From: a virus
Taxonomy: Duplodnaviria > Caudoviricetes
Length of the DNA: 64,000 bases
Virus record (IMG/VR): IMGVR_UViG_2851419669_000001
Location: 1,454-65,453 of that record
Strand: one strand, 5' to 3'
The position numbers and the translations under genes are program-made. The notes under the pieces are model-generated. The model saw only the letters and a list, made by a program, of their open reading frames with translations, was not told the DNA's origin and did not search any database. Positions 27,617 to 37,164 of this stretch are shown in pieces. Numbering within the stretch: the stretch's first letter is position 1; each line of letters starts with the position of its first letter.

Positions 27617-28087
27617 TCAGTCCTCGTCGTAGTGAGCAATAATCTCTGGCTCATACTTTTTAACGATCAGGTCTTCCACGCCATCCGGATATATCTCAGC
27701 GAACATTAACTGGGCTTGTTTCAAATACTTATTAAATGTTTTGTCGGAGATATTCAGGCTAATCATGCACTTAGTTTTCGAATACCGTTTAACATAGAGC
27801 AGCATTAATAGCTCTGAATATTTCTCCGTTTCTTCATCAATTGTAACAGCTTCAATGACCTTGACAACTAAATTAGCCATAAAATCATCGTTAGCTTTAC
27901 TAACTTGCTTGTCTTCAATATGGTTGCCATAGCTAGGACTTTTAGGCATTCCGTCCATTGCTGGACTTTGCAGGTTGAAATTAACCCTGCGAGCTCGTAG
28001 TCGCCATTTCCAATAGTCTTTTAGCACCCGTTCCGCATTAGCAATTGTTCGTTCTTCATCAACGTCCTTAAAAATGCTCTCCATCAT
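27617..28087 (-). CDS. ArpU-family late transcriptional activator
   Basis: T..NA..VL..Y, LQSP.MDGMPK, C-terminal HTH ending FAE.Y. Confidence 0.85.
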   Translation of the reverse strand: MMESIFKDVDEERTIANAERVLKDYWKWRLRARRVNFNLQSPAMDGMPKSPSYGNHIEDKQVSKANDDFMANLVVKVIEAVTIDEETEKYSELLMLLYVKRYSKTKCMISLNISDKTFNKYLKQAQLMFAEIYPDGVEDLIVKKYEPEIIAHYDED

Positions 28088-28384
28088 GCCACCCCTTGTT
28101 TTGACTGTGCTATAATTAATTTTGTAGGTATCAATCGTAGCGCGGTCAGCAATGGCAGCGCTTTTTATGTGTTATACTTACAACGGTCATTCGAGTGGTC
28201 CTAATGACTAGCCGCCTTAACAGGCGGCTTTTTGTATGCTATACTTCAGGCACACTTGTTTAGAGCTAACGCTACTAGTAATGATGCGTTACGTTTTGTT
28301 TGCAATTCTTAAATAATGGAACTACTCTGTAGTTGCACGAATGTATCAAGCCCAGCGTCTTACCATTTATTTGGTAAGACGTTT

Positions 28385-28810
28385 TTATTTGTCTTCCTCC
28401 AGTAGTTCCGGGTTCTCGTGCACGTTGCCAATAACTTCAAATTGATTACTCCAATAGTCATGCAGGCATGGTTCAATAAAATGTTCCCTTAATGGTTTCA
28501 AAAACATACCAGGTGTCCCGAACAAGTCTTCTGAAACGATTTCATTAACAGTTGGCTCCATTGTTAATTCACTCATATTGGACCACACATTTACAATATC
28601 GCCAATATAAATATCCCTGCCGTTCACGTCTTTCAGGCCGGTAAACTGCTCCAATTTATAATTGCCTGGATCATCCTCATATTTCATTTCTCCTGAATCA
28701 TTAATATCCCACCAAATATGTGAACCATCCAGGCTCATTACTGCGTTAATTTCATTTATATATTCAGAATCGATCTGATTCCACGCTCTAAACTTAATCA
28801 TCGTCGCCAT
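28385..28810 (-). CDS. YopX family protein
   Basis: IKFRAW, QFTGLKD.NG.DIY.GDIV, EVIGNVHENPELLE. Confidence 0.92.
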   Translation of the reverse strand: MATMIKFRAWNQIDSEYINEINAVMSLDGSHIWWDINDSGEMKYEDDPGNYKLEQFTGLKDVNGRDIYIGDIVNVWSNMSELTMEPTVNEIVSEDLFGTPGMFLKPLREHFIEPCLHDYWSNQFEVIGNVHENPELLEEDK

Positions 28811-29012
28811 CCCCTATCAAATCATCTAGTTCATTAATGGCCTGTTGAACACCAGCAGCCTCACTTTTAAGCTCAAACATCAAACACTGGTTGCGGTCCC
28901 TCGCCAATCTCCTACGCAACTCTTTCATTCCACTATTCATTTGCCGGTGCTTCCGTTTAATCGTTGAACGTTTCTTAGTGTGTTTAGGCATCTTCGTCCT
29001 CCGTGATTTCAT
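28794..29012 (-). CDS. Hypothetical phage protein
   Basis: ORF coupled to neighbours; likely start at MPKHTKKR. Confidence 0.5.
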   Translation of the reverse strand: MKSRRTKMPKHTKKRSTIKRKHRQMNSGMKELRRRLARDRNQCLMFELKSEAAGVQQAINELDDLIGDGDDD

Positions 29013-29364
29013 CTATTTCTACTCTAGGATTTCGTTTATCAACGGCAAATTCGTCCTGGAATCCTGTGATGTGCTTTCGATTGTCGTTGCCTAAAAGCCC
29101 AGCCTTCATAAAGCCGTCCAGCACAAACTTTTTAGCAAACGCGATATTATCCGCATCTTTCCGGTTGTTCTTCGTGTACCACGTAAATTTAAGCTTGCAA
29201 GGCCAGCTGAATTCGACTCCATAATTTCGACTAGCTCGCGCATATACACTACATAAGGCTGTGTACCGCTTCTTTAGTTTAGCTGCGGCGTATCTATTGG
29301 CCCGTTCAGCCTTGATGTACTCATTTAGGCTAGGCAGCTCGCCTTTGATCACGACTTTGCTCAT
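28984..29364 (-). CDS. RusA-family Holliday junction resolvase
   Basis: PSLN, D.DN...K...D, NPRVEI motifs. Confidence 0.8.
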   Translation of the reverse strand: MSKVVIKGELPSLNEYIKAERANRYAAAKLKKRYTALCSVYARASRNYGVEFSWPCKLKFTWYTKNNRKDADNIAFAKKFVLDGFMKAGLLGNDNRKHITGFQDEFAVDKRNPRVEIDEITEDEDA

Positions 29365-29879
29365 ACTTTCGGCACCCGGCTAATGTAATAGCCATTAACG
29401 ACCCCGTTAGACATACTGGCCTGTCTAATCGAAAATTCTGGGGCGCCAATCCTTTTACATAATCGTGCCAGTGTTTGATAGGCGATCACTTCATCAGGAT
29501 TGTTATACTTCTCAGCACGCCAGTAATCGTTAGTCAGTGGCAGGCTGTATTTGTGGACTAAATCCTTTACCCGATTTAATTCCATTGCCGTACTATCAGC
29601 TAGTTCTCTAAGCGTATGTTTGCCATGCTTATGTGCTTGCCGAATGGCTTTAATATCTTCACGTTCTCCCTGCTTCGGATCTTGTTTCATACTGGCTAGG
29701 TAGGCCGCATCACTGCGTACCTTAGTCCCAGGCTTAACCAGTCTAACCGGGAACGGCCATTCACCAGATTTGTAGTTATGTTGCGCGAGCTTAAACATTT
29801 CCGGTTCGGGCCCCATTGCTAGTGGGTGATCGATATCGGGTAGATCAGCGTTAATTACTAGCACCTGTGTTTCAGTCAT
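29361..29879 (-). CDS. Hypothetical phage protein (possible HTH)
   Basis: Translationally coupled ORF; TLRELAD segment. Confidence 0.6.
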   Translation of the reverse strand: MTETQVLVINADLPDIDHPLAMGPEPEMFKLAQHNYKSGEWPFPVRLVKPGTKVRSDAAYLASMKQDPKQGEREDIKAIRQAHKHGKHTLRELADSTAMELNRVKDLVHKYSLPLTNDYWRAEKYNNPDEVIAYQTLARLCKRIGAPEFSIRQASMSNGVVNGYYISRVPKV

Positions 29880-30163
29880 GCGCTCACCTCCGTTTGCAAT
29901 CCTTGTCTAGCTTGCTCTAGATCAATAAAATACTCGGCTGGCTTACCCCAACATTGGGTCAAATCAAAATTTAAGTCATCCCGCTGATATTCAATAATTA
30001 AAACCTCGAGTGCAAATAGCTTGTACTCATGAGCGCACACTTCATCTTGCGCGCTACCGCCAGCCTTTAAATGCCGTTTCATGCGCTGCTTAGTCCAGTG
30101 CAATGCGGCCGGTTCATAGGCATGGTTAGCGGCTAACTTGACTAATTGATTACCCCAATTCAT
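29876..30163 (-). CDS. Hypothetical phage protein
   Basis: Coupled ORF after replication initiator. Confidence 0.6.
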   Translation of the reverse strand: MNWGNQLVKLAANHAYEPAALHWTKQRMKRHLKAGGSAQDEVCAHEYKLFALEVLIIEYQRDDLNFDLTQCWGKPAEYFIDLEQARQGLQTEVSA

Positions 30164-31092
30164 TTAGCTTCCTCCTGACTGTTCATGAACGCTAGGAACG
30201 CCTCGTCGCTCATATCGTCCTGCTGGTCATCGCTTGAGCTTGACTTAGAATCCGCCTGAGAAGCGCCTTTTTGCATCCACTTTGGCGTAACTTCTTTACG
30301 GCGTGGCTTTGAATAGCCACTAGGTTTTCTTTCGCTCTTAATGCGGTCGTCATGATTAGCAGCAGCCTTTTTAGCCTGCTCTAACGTCGTAATATTTCGT
30401 TTCTTCCAGCCCGCAACAATTGCACGAACGTATTTCAAACATGCATTAGATCTAATCTGATGTTCTCCAGCAACCCAAATTGCATAGGCAATCACCTCAG
30501 GCTTGAACTCTTCCAGCCATTCATCAATCTCAGGTCGGGCAATACCATTTGGAAATCCCCACAGGTTGGTCCAGTCGTTAATGACCTGCTCGCGTGTGAC
30601 ACCCGCGTCATCATCATAATTATTTACTTTACTTTTATTTGATTTACTTTTATTTACTTTACTTTGTGGATTAATGTCGACATTAACTACACTTGTATCT
30701 TTATTGATGTCAACATTAATCCAATACTTAGTTGGTTTCTGTGATTTGCGACGTTTAGTAGCATCTTCATAGGTCTCTTGGATACGCTGGCTCGTTAATA
30801 CCTTAGCCGAATTGAACAGTTCCTCGCTAAAGGTTCCATAAGCAATCAAGCGGTTAACGATTTGATTAGCTAATTCAGGTGATACGCCTTCAATTCGATT
30901 AGCTAACTGCATCTGTTTCAATTTATTCCACTGCAAGTAGTATCCATTTTGGTACACCGCAGACAGCAGATAAATCATAAACAGAACACCTTTCGGTCCA
31001 AACTCGCCCATAATGGCTTCTGTCTTGTCGTTTACAGCAAAATCAACGTCTAATGGGAAGTAATCCAATCCCTCTTTTACTGGACGGGCCAT
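30160..31092 (-). CDS. Replication initiator (DUF4373/Lin1244-like N-term plus DnaD domain)
   Basis: MARPVKEGLDYFPLDV, LTS.RIQ..Y, Y...I...W....I.T. Confidence 0.85.
   Translation of the reverse strand: MARPVKEGLDYFPLDVDFAVNDKTEAIMGEFGPKGVLFMIYLLSAVYQNGYYLQWNKLKQMQLANRIEGVSPELANQIVNRLIAYGTFSEELFNSAKVLTSQRIQETYEDATKRRKSQKPTKYWINVDINKDTSVVNVDINPQSKVNKSKSNKSKVNNYDDDAGVTREQVINDWTNLWGFPNGIARPEIDEWLEEFKPEVIAYAIWVAGEHQIRSNACLKYVRAIVAGWKKRNITTLEQAKKAAANHDDRIKSERKPSGYSKPRRKEVTPKWMQKGASQADSKSSSSDDQQDDMSDEAFLAFMNSQEEAK
30621..30720. repeat. Putative prophage ori inside initiator gene
   Basis: TTTAC/TTTAT tandem repeats and two ATGTC(G/A)ACATTAA palindromic repeats. Confidence 0.55.
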
Positions 31093-31175
31093 CTCGCACC
31101 TCCTATCCATTATTAATGGGCCTTTCACCCATTTGGTGGATTCAGTCACTGCTGCATTCAAGCCAATTCGAATGT

Positions 31176-32141
31176 TTATTTCTTATCAAATGCCGCTAGC
31201 AACCCTTGTAGCTGGCTCTTAGCATCCTCTGCTTGTGCTATTGTTAGGTTCTTCCAATCATCGTCAGTCCCTTTCCAATCAGGGACAATTTGTTGAATAA
31301 CCTCATTAGTCACTGATAATGGTGTGCCATTCTTGGTTTGAGTGGCCAGTTCACCAGCAAGGTTAGCAATCTCACTCGTCTGTTTTGAACTAGCAATGAT
31401 GTTAGTAGGATCCAAATCTTCATGTGCTTTATCGTCAGTTTCAGGCTGTTGCTTGCCAGCTAGTAGTAATTTAGCAGCAGTCTTAAATTCAGGTTTCTGT
31501 GCATTCTCAGCTAGCCATTCAATATAGCCACGATTCTCATTCATGACATCTCCCATGCTCTTGCCTTTGTTTTTGCCAAAATTAAGTTTCAAATTAAAGG
31601 CTTCATCATAAGTCATGGTTTCGTTATTCTCACGTTGGTTAAAGTTCTGCATATCTTCGACATCTTGTGTGAAGACATTTGATAAACTAGCGATAGTCAG
31701 TGTGGCATCAACCTGGGCCCGCTTTTTCGCCATTTTCAATACCGTGTTTTTCATTGAAAATCCATCACGAGAAACGTACTTGCTCTCTTTTGTGTTTGCC
31801 GACCCTAATCCCTCAGTTAACTGCATACCGCTCTTGTACAGCACGCACTTGACGGTGTAGTCGAAATAACCATCCTTGTAGTTTTCAACCTTATCAATGA
31901 CGTTATATTCACTGGTTACACCCATCAACATTTGAATTTTCTCAGCTCCGGGCTTCAATAATGTCGGCTTCTGTGTGCCAGGGACAACCCCAAAGTCTTG
32001 ACCATTCTTTAGCTGTTTTTGAACCATAGTTTGGAAATTAGAGATAGCCTGTAGTTCGCTAGCCATCTTGTTTTGATCAGTACCCATGATTAGGGATAGA
32101 CTATTCGTTTGATTTTCTGCTTTCGCGATTGCTTCACTCAT
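31176..32141 (-). CDS. Putative single-strand annealing recombinase
   Basis: DFGVVPGT.KPTLLKPGAEKI and NTVLKMAKKRA.VDA motifs; FGK.KG domain; next to Gam-like gene. Confidence 0.6.
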   Translation of the reverse strand: MSEAIAKAENQTNSLSLIMGTDQNKMASELQAISNFQTMVQKQLKNGQDFGVVPGTQKPTLLKPGAEKIQMLMGVTSEYNVIDKVENYKDGYFDYTVKCVLYKSGMQLTEGLGSANTKESKYVSRDGFSMKNTVLKMAKKRAQVDATLTIASLSNVFTQDVEDMQNFNQRENNETMTYDEAFNLKLNFGKNKGKSMGDVMNENRGYIEWLAENAQKPEFKTAAKLLLAGKQQPETDDKAHEDLDPTNIIASSKQTSEIANLAGELATQTKNGTPLSVTNEVIQQIVPDWKGTDDDWKNLTIAQAEDAKSQLQGLLAAFDKK

Positions 32142-32152
32142 ATCGGTTCCTC

Positions 32153-32683
32153 CTAGTATTTAAACGTGACCTTCTCAGTTGCCGGTTTTTCAGTAATACC
32201 AGCGATAATCTCGCCATCTTCCATGACAAACTTGTCACCAACCATGCGACCAGCTTTTTTTAAATCGACTTTATCAATAGATTCCTTGACCTTGATATAT
32301 TGGCTCATGCCCTGATTATGAAGTGAGTTTAAAACCATCTTTTCGTCATACGCTAACCCAGCCGGGTTCTTACGAGTTGATACACGGCCATTAGGGGTAT
32401 CGATTTTGAACTTCTTGTCAACTAACCGTTGATCACGTAAATAGTCAGTCAATAGTCCTTCGAAATACTCGCGGTTGGCTTGGTTCTTATCAAGCTCCCG
32501 GTCGCGCCATGCAATTGCCTGGTCAATATTGTTCTTCGCAACTTGGCCAATTTCATCATCATGCGCTTGGATAGCCTTGAGCTTCTTTAATGCCCAGTCG
32601 GCTTTCTCTAATGAGTCAATTTTGAATCCTTCGTTTTCACGCTCTGTCACCGTTCTAAGTTCTTCTTTTAACATTGCATCCAT
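32153..32683 (-). CDS. Mu Gam-like host-nuclease inhibitor
   Basis: FKI.S...ADWALKK, TPNG.V..RK motifs. Confidence 0.75.
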   Translation of the reverse strand: MDAMLKEELRTVTERENEGFKIDSLEKADWALKKLKAIQAHDDEIGQVAKNNIDQAIAWRDRELDKNQANREYFEGLLTDYLRDQRLVDKKFKIDTPNGRVSTRKNPAGLAYDEKMVLNSLHNQGMSQYIKVKESIDKVDLKKAGRMVGDKFVMEDGEIIAGITEKPATEKVTFKY

Positions 32684-32700
32684 GATTGAAATCCTCCTAT

Positions 32701-32814
32701 TTAATATCCAGCAATGACGCCACTTTCAATCAGCTCTTCCTCAGTAGGCACATCATCACGCCAGCCTTCCGCAGCTTCTTCTTGGTCAATTAACCAGCTA
32801 TCGTAGCCGTTCAT
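32701..32814 (-). CDS. Hypothetical 37-aa acidic protein
   Basis: GGAGG RBS; MNGYDSWLIDQEE. Confidence 0.45.
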   Translation of the reverse strand: MNGYDSWLIDQEEAAEGWRDDVPTEEELIESGVIAGY

Positions 32815-32996
32815 TTTGCCCACCTCCGTATTAACGTGACTAACCATTGTTTTAGCGACTGTTTCGGAGTACAATAAAAATCGAAAAAGAAAATTTTACT
32901 GTGATTTTTAATTTTAGCTGCACGGGTACTACCAATACTCGAGCAGCTTTTTTCGTACTCAAATTTAGGCTTTGGCGATCCTTTGCGTACTTCCAA
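32811..32996 (-). CDS. Hypothetical protein
   Basis: GGAGG RBS, coupled to next ORF; overlaps a hairpin. Confidence 0.4.
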   Translation of the reverse strand: MEVRKGSPKPKFEYEKSCSSIGSTRAAKIKNHSKIFFFDFYCTPKQSLKQWLVTLIRRWAK

Positions 32997-33186
32997 TTCG
33001 TTCGACCTCCTTGTTTCGAAGAGAAGTTAATCTTGCTGCATCCTCTAATAATGTAGCTGATGACTTCTCTTTTTTTGATAAGTCAATCTGTTGTAGCGAT
33101 TTGATAATTGAATCAAGTTCTTTTCGTACCTCGCTCTCACTCATTCTCATAGCCTCCTTAAATTCCAAACCAACTAGCAACTTCAT
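32965..33186 (-). CDS. Hypothetical protein
   Basis: ORF with GGAGG before internal ATG. Confidence 0.5.
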   Translation of the reverse strand: MKLLVGLEFKEAMRMSESEVRKELDSIIKSLQQIDLSKKEKSSATLLEDAARLTSLRNKEVERIGSTQRIAKA

Positions 33187-33253
33187 GACGCTTGAACCAT
33201 AATGCAGTTAGCACGCAGCCTACTATTGCTCCTTCAATCATTGCTATTTCCTC

Positions 33254-33766
33254 CTAGCCATTTTCTTGATTGACTTTATCGATTACTTCCTGCAATTTAT
33301 CCATTGGAATACCGGCATACTCAGCTTTCTTAGCCAAATCAGTTATCTCGGCGCTAATTTCTTCTGCATATTCACGTGCGTAGCGTTCAATAACTAATTG
33401 CTGTGCTGGTGTTCGGTCTCTCGGCTTGACTGCAATAGCTTCTTCGAACTCCGTCTCAAGCTTCTCTCGCTGACTTTGCTCCTCTCTCTGCTTCATCAGA
33501 GCTGAAAACATATCGCCTTGTAACCGATGATCATTTTGGAATGAAAGCACTCCAAAATTCTCTCGCGCACCAGAATATTTAAGCCAAAAATCGTTAATTT
33601 TGTTTGCTAACGACTTCCGAATTTGTGGATCAGTGTTCCTTGACCCGTTTTTCAATCGTGACAACTGCCCGGGAGAAATATGCGTCCCGTCGGCAACTTG
33701 CTGCTGTGTTGATTCTTTATGCCTGTCCAACGCTAATGACAATTGCTCTGCAAACTTGTTCTTCAT
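33254..33766 (-). CDS. XRE-type HTH protein
   Basis: TQQQVADGTHISPGQLSRLKNG. Confidence 0.8.
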   Translation of the reverse strand: MKNKFAEQLSLALDRHKESTQQQVADGTHISPGQLSRLKNGSRNTDPQIRKSLANKINDFWLKYSGARENFGVLSFQNDHRLQGDMFSALMKQREEQSQREKLETEFEEAIAVKPRDRTPAQQLVIERYAREYAEEISAEITDLAKKAEYAGIPMDKLQEVIDKVNQENG

Positions 33767-33832
33767 ACCTACACCTCTGTATTTTGGAAAGGGCTTTATA
33801 TGGCCTTTCCGTGTAATTCACTTATAATTTAG

Positions 33833-34138
33833 TTAGTCAGGATGGCTTAATAGATAATCCATCATCTCAGCTGCTGGAATCTGCCAGCCGTTATGGGTAT
33901 TCACATAATCAATGAAGCCACCCTGTTCAACATCCAAATCATGGCGATGCTTGGTTAAATATCGTGAGGCTCGTTCGGTTGATTTAGTTCCGTATTTATA
34001 CTTGGCCAGATCTTTAAGCTTCCAAGTACGAATACCACGTTGTGCTTGCTTCCAGGCTTGGAACCTCTCGTATTCTTCTTCGCTAATGAATTGGAAGCCC
34101 TTTGGAGCCTCATGGCGAATCAATATCGTATCTGACAT
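33833..34138 (-). CDS. DUF771-like/excisionase-like protein
   Basis: I..EEYE, W.LKDL, W.IPA..M..YL pattern. Confidence 0.55.
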   Translation of the reverse strand: MSDTILIRHEAPKGFQFISEEEYERFQAWKQAQRGIRTWKLKDLAKYKYGTKSTERASRYLTKHRHDLDVEQGGFIDYVNTHNGWQIPAAEMMDYLLSHPD

Positions 34139-34149
34139 GTTCGCACCTC

Positions 34150-34320
34150 CTAATATGAAACTGACATAAGTTGGCTAGCTTGCTCGTTATACTCGGCCGT
34201 TACTGCTCGAAATTCAGCATCTAGTGCTTTATCGCTTAGTGCCTCAAACATTACTCTTGGTGTTTCTGGCTTAACCTTTGCAAGTGCATTGATTAATGTA
34301 GTCCGTGATAGATGTGTCAT
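34150..34320 (-). CDS. Hypothetical 56-aa protein (not in ORF track)
   Basis: GGAGG RBS; fills gap in early operon. Confidence 0.55.
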   Translation of the reverse strand: MTHLSRTTLINALAKVKPETPRVMFEALSDKALDAEFRAVTAEYNEQASQLMSVSY

Positions 34321-34344
34321 TTTGCTGCCTCCGTTCTTTGAAAA

Positions 34345-34641
34345 TTAAATATTTGCTTTTAGTAACTCAAATATTCGACGCGCTTCATCAATGTTGCTCT
34401 CGTTAATTTGATATACGTTAGACACACCTAAATGGAATCTAATGATCGTTTTAACTGCGTCTGACAATGAATAAGCTTTTGGATTCTTACCGTACTTCTC
34501 GTTGACAAATTTCGAAATATCATTTTTAAGCTCCATCCAAGCAGTATTTCTTGCTTTGACTGGTGCTAGGCTTTTGGCGGCAATAGCTGCGTTTACCTCT
34601 GATTGGACCATTTCGTGCAATTGTTCTTGTGTGACTTCCAT
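34345..34641 (-). CDS. Hypothetical phage protein
   Basis: Coupled to upstream HTH gene. Confidence 0.6.
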   Translation of the reverse strand: MEVTQEQLHEMVQSEVNAAIAAKSLAPVKARNTAWMELKNDISKFVNEKYGKNPKAYSLSDAVKTIIRFHLGVSNVYQINESNIDEARRIFELLKANI

Positions 34642-34847
34642 TACTTGGCCACCTCCTTTGGTTCTAATAAGTCATCCACAGTTACACCCATTGCTTTTGC
34701 AAGTAAATTTAGTGTTACAGCATCAGGATGCTTTGTTCGGTTCTCAAGAGTATTTACAGTACTCTGTGATACGCCCGCAGCATCAGCTAGCTTTGCTTGT
34801 GTCCAGCCAAGCTTGGAACGAATTTTTTTAATTTCTGAGCCAATCAT
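34641..34847 (-). CDS. XRE HTH regulator (Cro-like, second switch)
   Basis: WTQAKLADAAGVSQSTVNTLEN. Confidence 0.88.
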   Translation of the reverse strand: MIGSEIKKIRSKLGWTQAKLADAAGVSQSTVNTLENRTKHPDAVTLNLLAKAMGVTVDDLLEPKEVAK

Positions 34848-34867
34848 GTTTTCATCTCCTTAGAGTT

Positions 34868-34976
34868 AACGCATTTGCGTAACTATGTTTTTATTATAAC
34901 GCCATTGCGTAAATTGTCAACGCAACAGCGTAACTTTTTTAAATGAATTTGTTTTACGATTAACGCAAACACGTTT
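34868..34976. promoter_or_regulatory. Operator set AACGC-N4-GCGTAA
   Basis: Copies at 34868, 34898, 34919 and a degenerate one at 34962, between divergent HTH genes. Confidence 0.7.
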
Positions 34977-34988
34977 GGAGGATCTTTT

Positions 34989-35219
34989 ATGACTGAATCA
35001 GAATTAATAATTCAACGCTTGTATGATCTTATGCGCGAGCGTAATTTAACCGTTAATCGTTTGGCCACGTTAGCAGGAGTTACTCAATCAACAGTGAGTT
35101 CTTTCATTTACCGGCAGAGTGTTCCAAAAGTAGATCTATTGCATTCACTTTGTTCTGCTCTCGGCATCAGCGTCCATGACTTCTTCGACTTTCCGCCTTA
35201 CAACGAGGTGGAAAAATAA
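34989..35219 (+). CDS. XRE HTH regulator (repressor-like, second switch)
   Basis: LTVNRLATLAGVTQSTVS...DFFD. Confidence 0.88.
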   Translation: MTESELIIQRLYDLMRERNLTVNRLATLAGVTQSTVSSFIYRQSVPKVDLLHSLCSALGISVHDFFDFPPYNEVEK

Positions 35220-35617
35220 TGCAGTTAAAACAAGATTGTGTACGCTATGTCTTACTATCGTTAGAAGAGCAGAAATTTAATATGATAATATTTGGGGCAA
35301 ATGATACGGACATCGCAACTAAATTAGCAGATGATCGGTTTAGCACCGATGATATTCGTTACACTTTGTTTGAACTTTTTTCAGGGGGGTTTATAACTGC
35401 TGAAATAACAAATTTTAAAAATGATTACCTCTTACGAGTGACATCCATTACTTGGTCTGGCCATGAATTGCTTGATGACATCAGAGATACTGAAGTGTGG
35501 CGCAAAACTAAAGATGTAACATCTTCCTTTAGCTCTATTTCCGTAAGCATCCTGAAGAATGTCGCAACAGCTGTTATCACAGGGATAATCAAGCAAAAAA
35601 CAGGTTTGCCACTTTAA
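35219..35617 (+). CDS. DUF2513-like protein
   Basis: DCVR.VLL..E, ITWSGHELLDDIRD..VW.KTK. Confidence 0.8.
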   Translation: MQLKQDCVRYVLLSLEEQKFNMIIFGANDTDIATKLADDRFSTDDIRYTLFELFSGGFITAEITNFKNDYLLRVTSITWSGHELLDDIRDTEVWRKTKDVTSSFSSISVSILKNVATAVITGIIKQKTGLPL

Positions 35618-35796
35618 ACTTCAAACTCCTGTCCGTTTATTAATATGAATAGTGGATTTTTACCAATTCGTTCATCTCCATCACGAATTAGTTGTTCAGC
35701 ATTTTGTGATAAGAGACAACCACTTGTAGCACCAACGATTACTCGTATTCCAAATGGATTTTTGAAGTAAACTGGGTATGAAATTTCTTGTTTCAT
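35614..35796 (-). CDS. Hypothetical protein
   Basis: Coupled to cro. Confidence 0.5.
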   Translation of the reverse strand: MKQEISYPVYFKNPFGIRVIVGATSGCLLSQNAEQLIRDGDERIGKNPLFILINGQEFEV

Positions 35797-36059
35797 TTTG
35801 CCGCCTCCTTTGTCAATTTGTATGCTTTTGCCGATATGATACGTTTAGTATCTTTATCTGGTAAAAAAATATCAGGAAATAAAATTTCTGGTTTAACCTC
35901 AAAAAGGTATGAGAATTTGGCAATTAATTTACTACTAGGGTTGCGTGATCCATTTTCTATACTTCTAACAGTTATTTCCGCAATATCAAGTAATTTTGCA
36001 ACACTATTTTGAGACCAACCATTCCTTTTTCTTTCTGTAATAAGTCGCTCACGCTTCAT
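35793..36059 (-). CDS. Cro-like XRE regulator
   Basis: WSQNSVAKLLDIAEITVRSIENGSRNPS; divergent from repressor. Confidence 0.85.
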   Translation of the reverse strand: MKRERLITERKRNGWSQNSVAKLLDIAEITVRSIENGSRNPSSKLIAKFSYLFEVKPEILFPDIFLPDKDTKRIISAKAYKLTKEAAK

Positions 36060-36077
36060 TTTTGCACCTCCAATCCC

Positions 36078-36204
36078 GATACACATCGTATCAACAACTA
36101 TTATAATAAACGATACTTTAAGTATCGTCAAGTGTTTTTAGAAACTTTTTGTATCATAGGTTGAAACCGATACGTGGTGTATCTATACTGATACATGTAA
36201 TATC
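36078..36204. promoter_or_regulatory. Operator set GATAC-N5-GTATC
   Basis: Perfect at 36078, 36112, 36169; one mismatch at 36141 and 36190. Confidence 0.75.
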
Positions 36205-36225
36205 CATTAAGAAAGGAGTGATACT

Positions 36226-36624
36226 ATGGCATCTTCAGGAATTGGGAACCGTTTAAAAGAATTACGAAATATGAAAGACAAGACACAAGATGAGGTTGCA
36301 AAATCACTTGGTATCAGTAGAGCTCGATATTCACATTTGGAAAATGAACGTAACGAACCCGACAATGAATTACTAAGGCTTCTTGCTAGCTATTATGAAG
36401 TATCCACTGACTATCTTCTTGGAAATAGCGAAAAAAATCGTAAATCTCCAGACTGGGCTACCGAAGCCGATCGTATTGATTTAGATAAGCTTCTCCAGTC
36501 AAATACGCCTATGGGATATGGTGGAATGAGTATGGCACCCGAGGATAAGGAAAAAGTCCGTAATGTTATTGAGGGAATTTACTGGGACCGCTTGAAAAAA
36601 TTACGTGAAGAAGGAAAAAAGTAG
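36226..36624 (+). CDS. CI/ImmR-like prophage repressor
   Basis: XRE HTH, ENERNEP, VSTDYLLG; followed by ImmA. Confidence 0.9.
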   Translation: MASSGIGNRLKELRNMKDKTQDEVAKSLGISRARYSHLENERNEPDNELLRLLASYYEVSTDYLLGNSEKNRKSPDWATEADRIDLDKLLQSNTPMGYGGMSMAPEDKEKVRNVIEGIYWDRLKKLREEGKK

Positions 36625-36632
36625 GTGTTTGC

Positions 36633-37064
36633 ATGCGATACGACACGTATCTTAAGGTAGAACAACTTGCGAAATCCTTTGGAACGTATGATCCATTTAC
36701 GATTGCAGATAGATTAGGATTCGAAGTTCACTTTGAGGACATTGGAGCAAATATGGGGGTCTGTACTCCAATATTGGGAATCACAGATATAATAATTAGC
36801 GATAGCCTTCGTGATTCACCGGCCGGACTTCCAGTTATGGCCCATGAATTATGCCACAGCATTGAGGACACGGCCTGTGTGTCTTGGTACACACTTGGTG
36901 ACTATCAGAAAAACAGTGCTGAGTATAAGGCCAATGCTTTTGCATGCCAAGAATTGGCGAAGCTATACGAAGAACAATACGATGAATTACCTGATAGCTT
37001 CAATGCGCTTAAAAATGCGTACGGATTACCAGACGAGTTTATGGAGTTTTTTTCGTTTTCATAA
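36633..37064 (+). CDS. ImmA/IrrE-family metallopeptidase
   Basis: DPF.IA, AHELCH, E.KAN.FA. Confidence 0.9.
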   Translation: MRYDTYLKVEQLAKSFGTYDPFTIADRLGFEVHFEDIGANMGVCTPILGITDIIISDSLRDSPAGLPVMAHELCHSIEDTACVSWYTLGDYQKNSAEYKANAFACQELAKLYEEQYDELPDSFNALKNAYGLPDEFMEFFSFS

Positions 37065-37164
37065 TGTGAGTTAGAATTTAATAATCATGGGGATTTCTAT
37101 TTGGTGAAATATTAATTTGAAGGAATTATTTTGGAAAATTTATATAACTTGAGGAGTATATATT

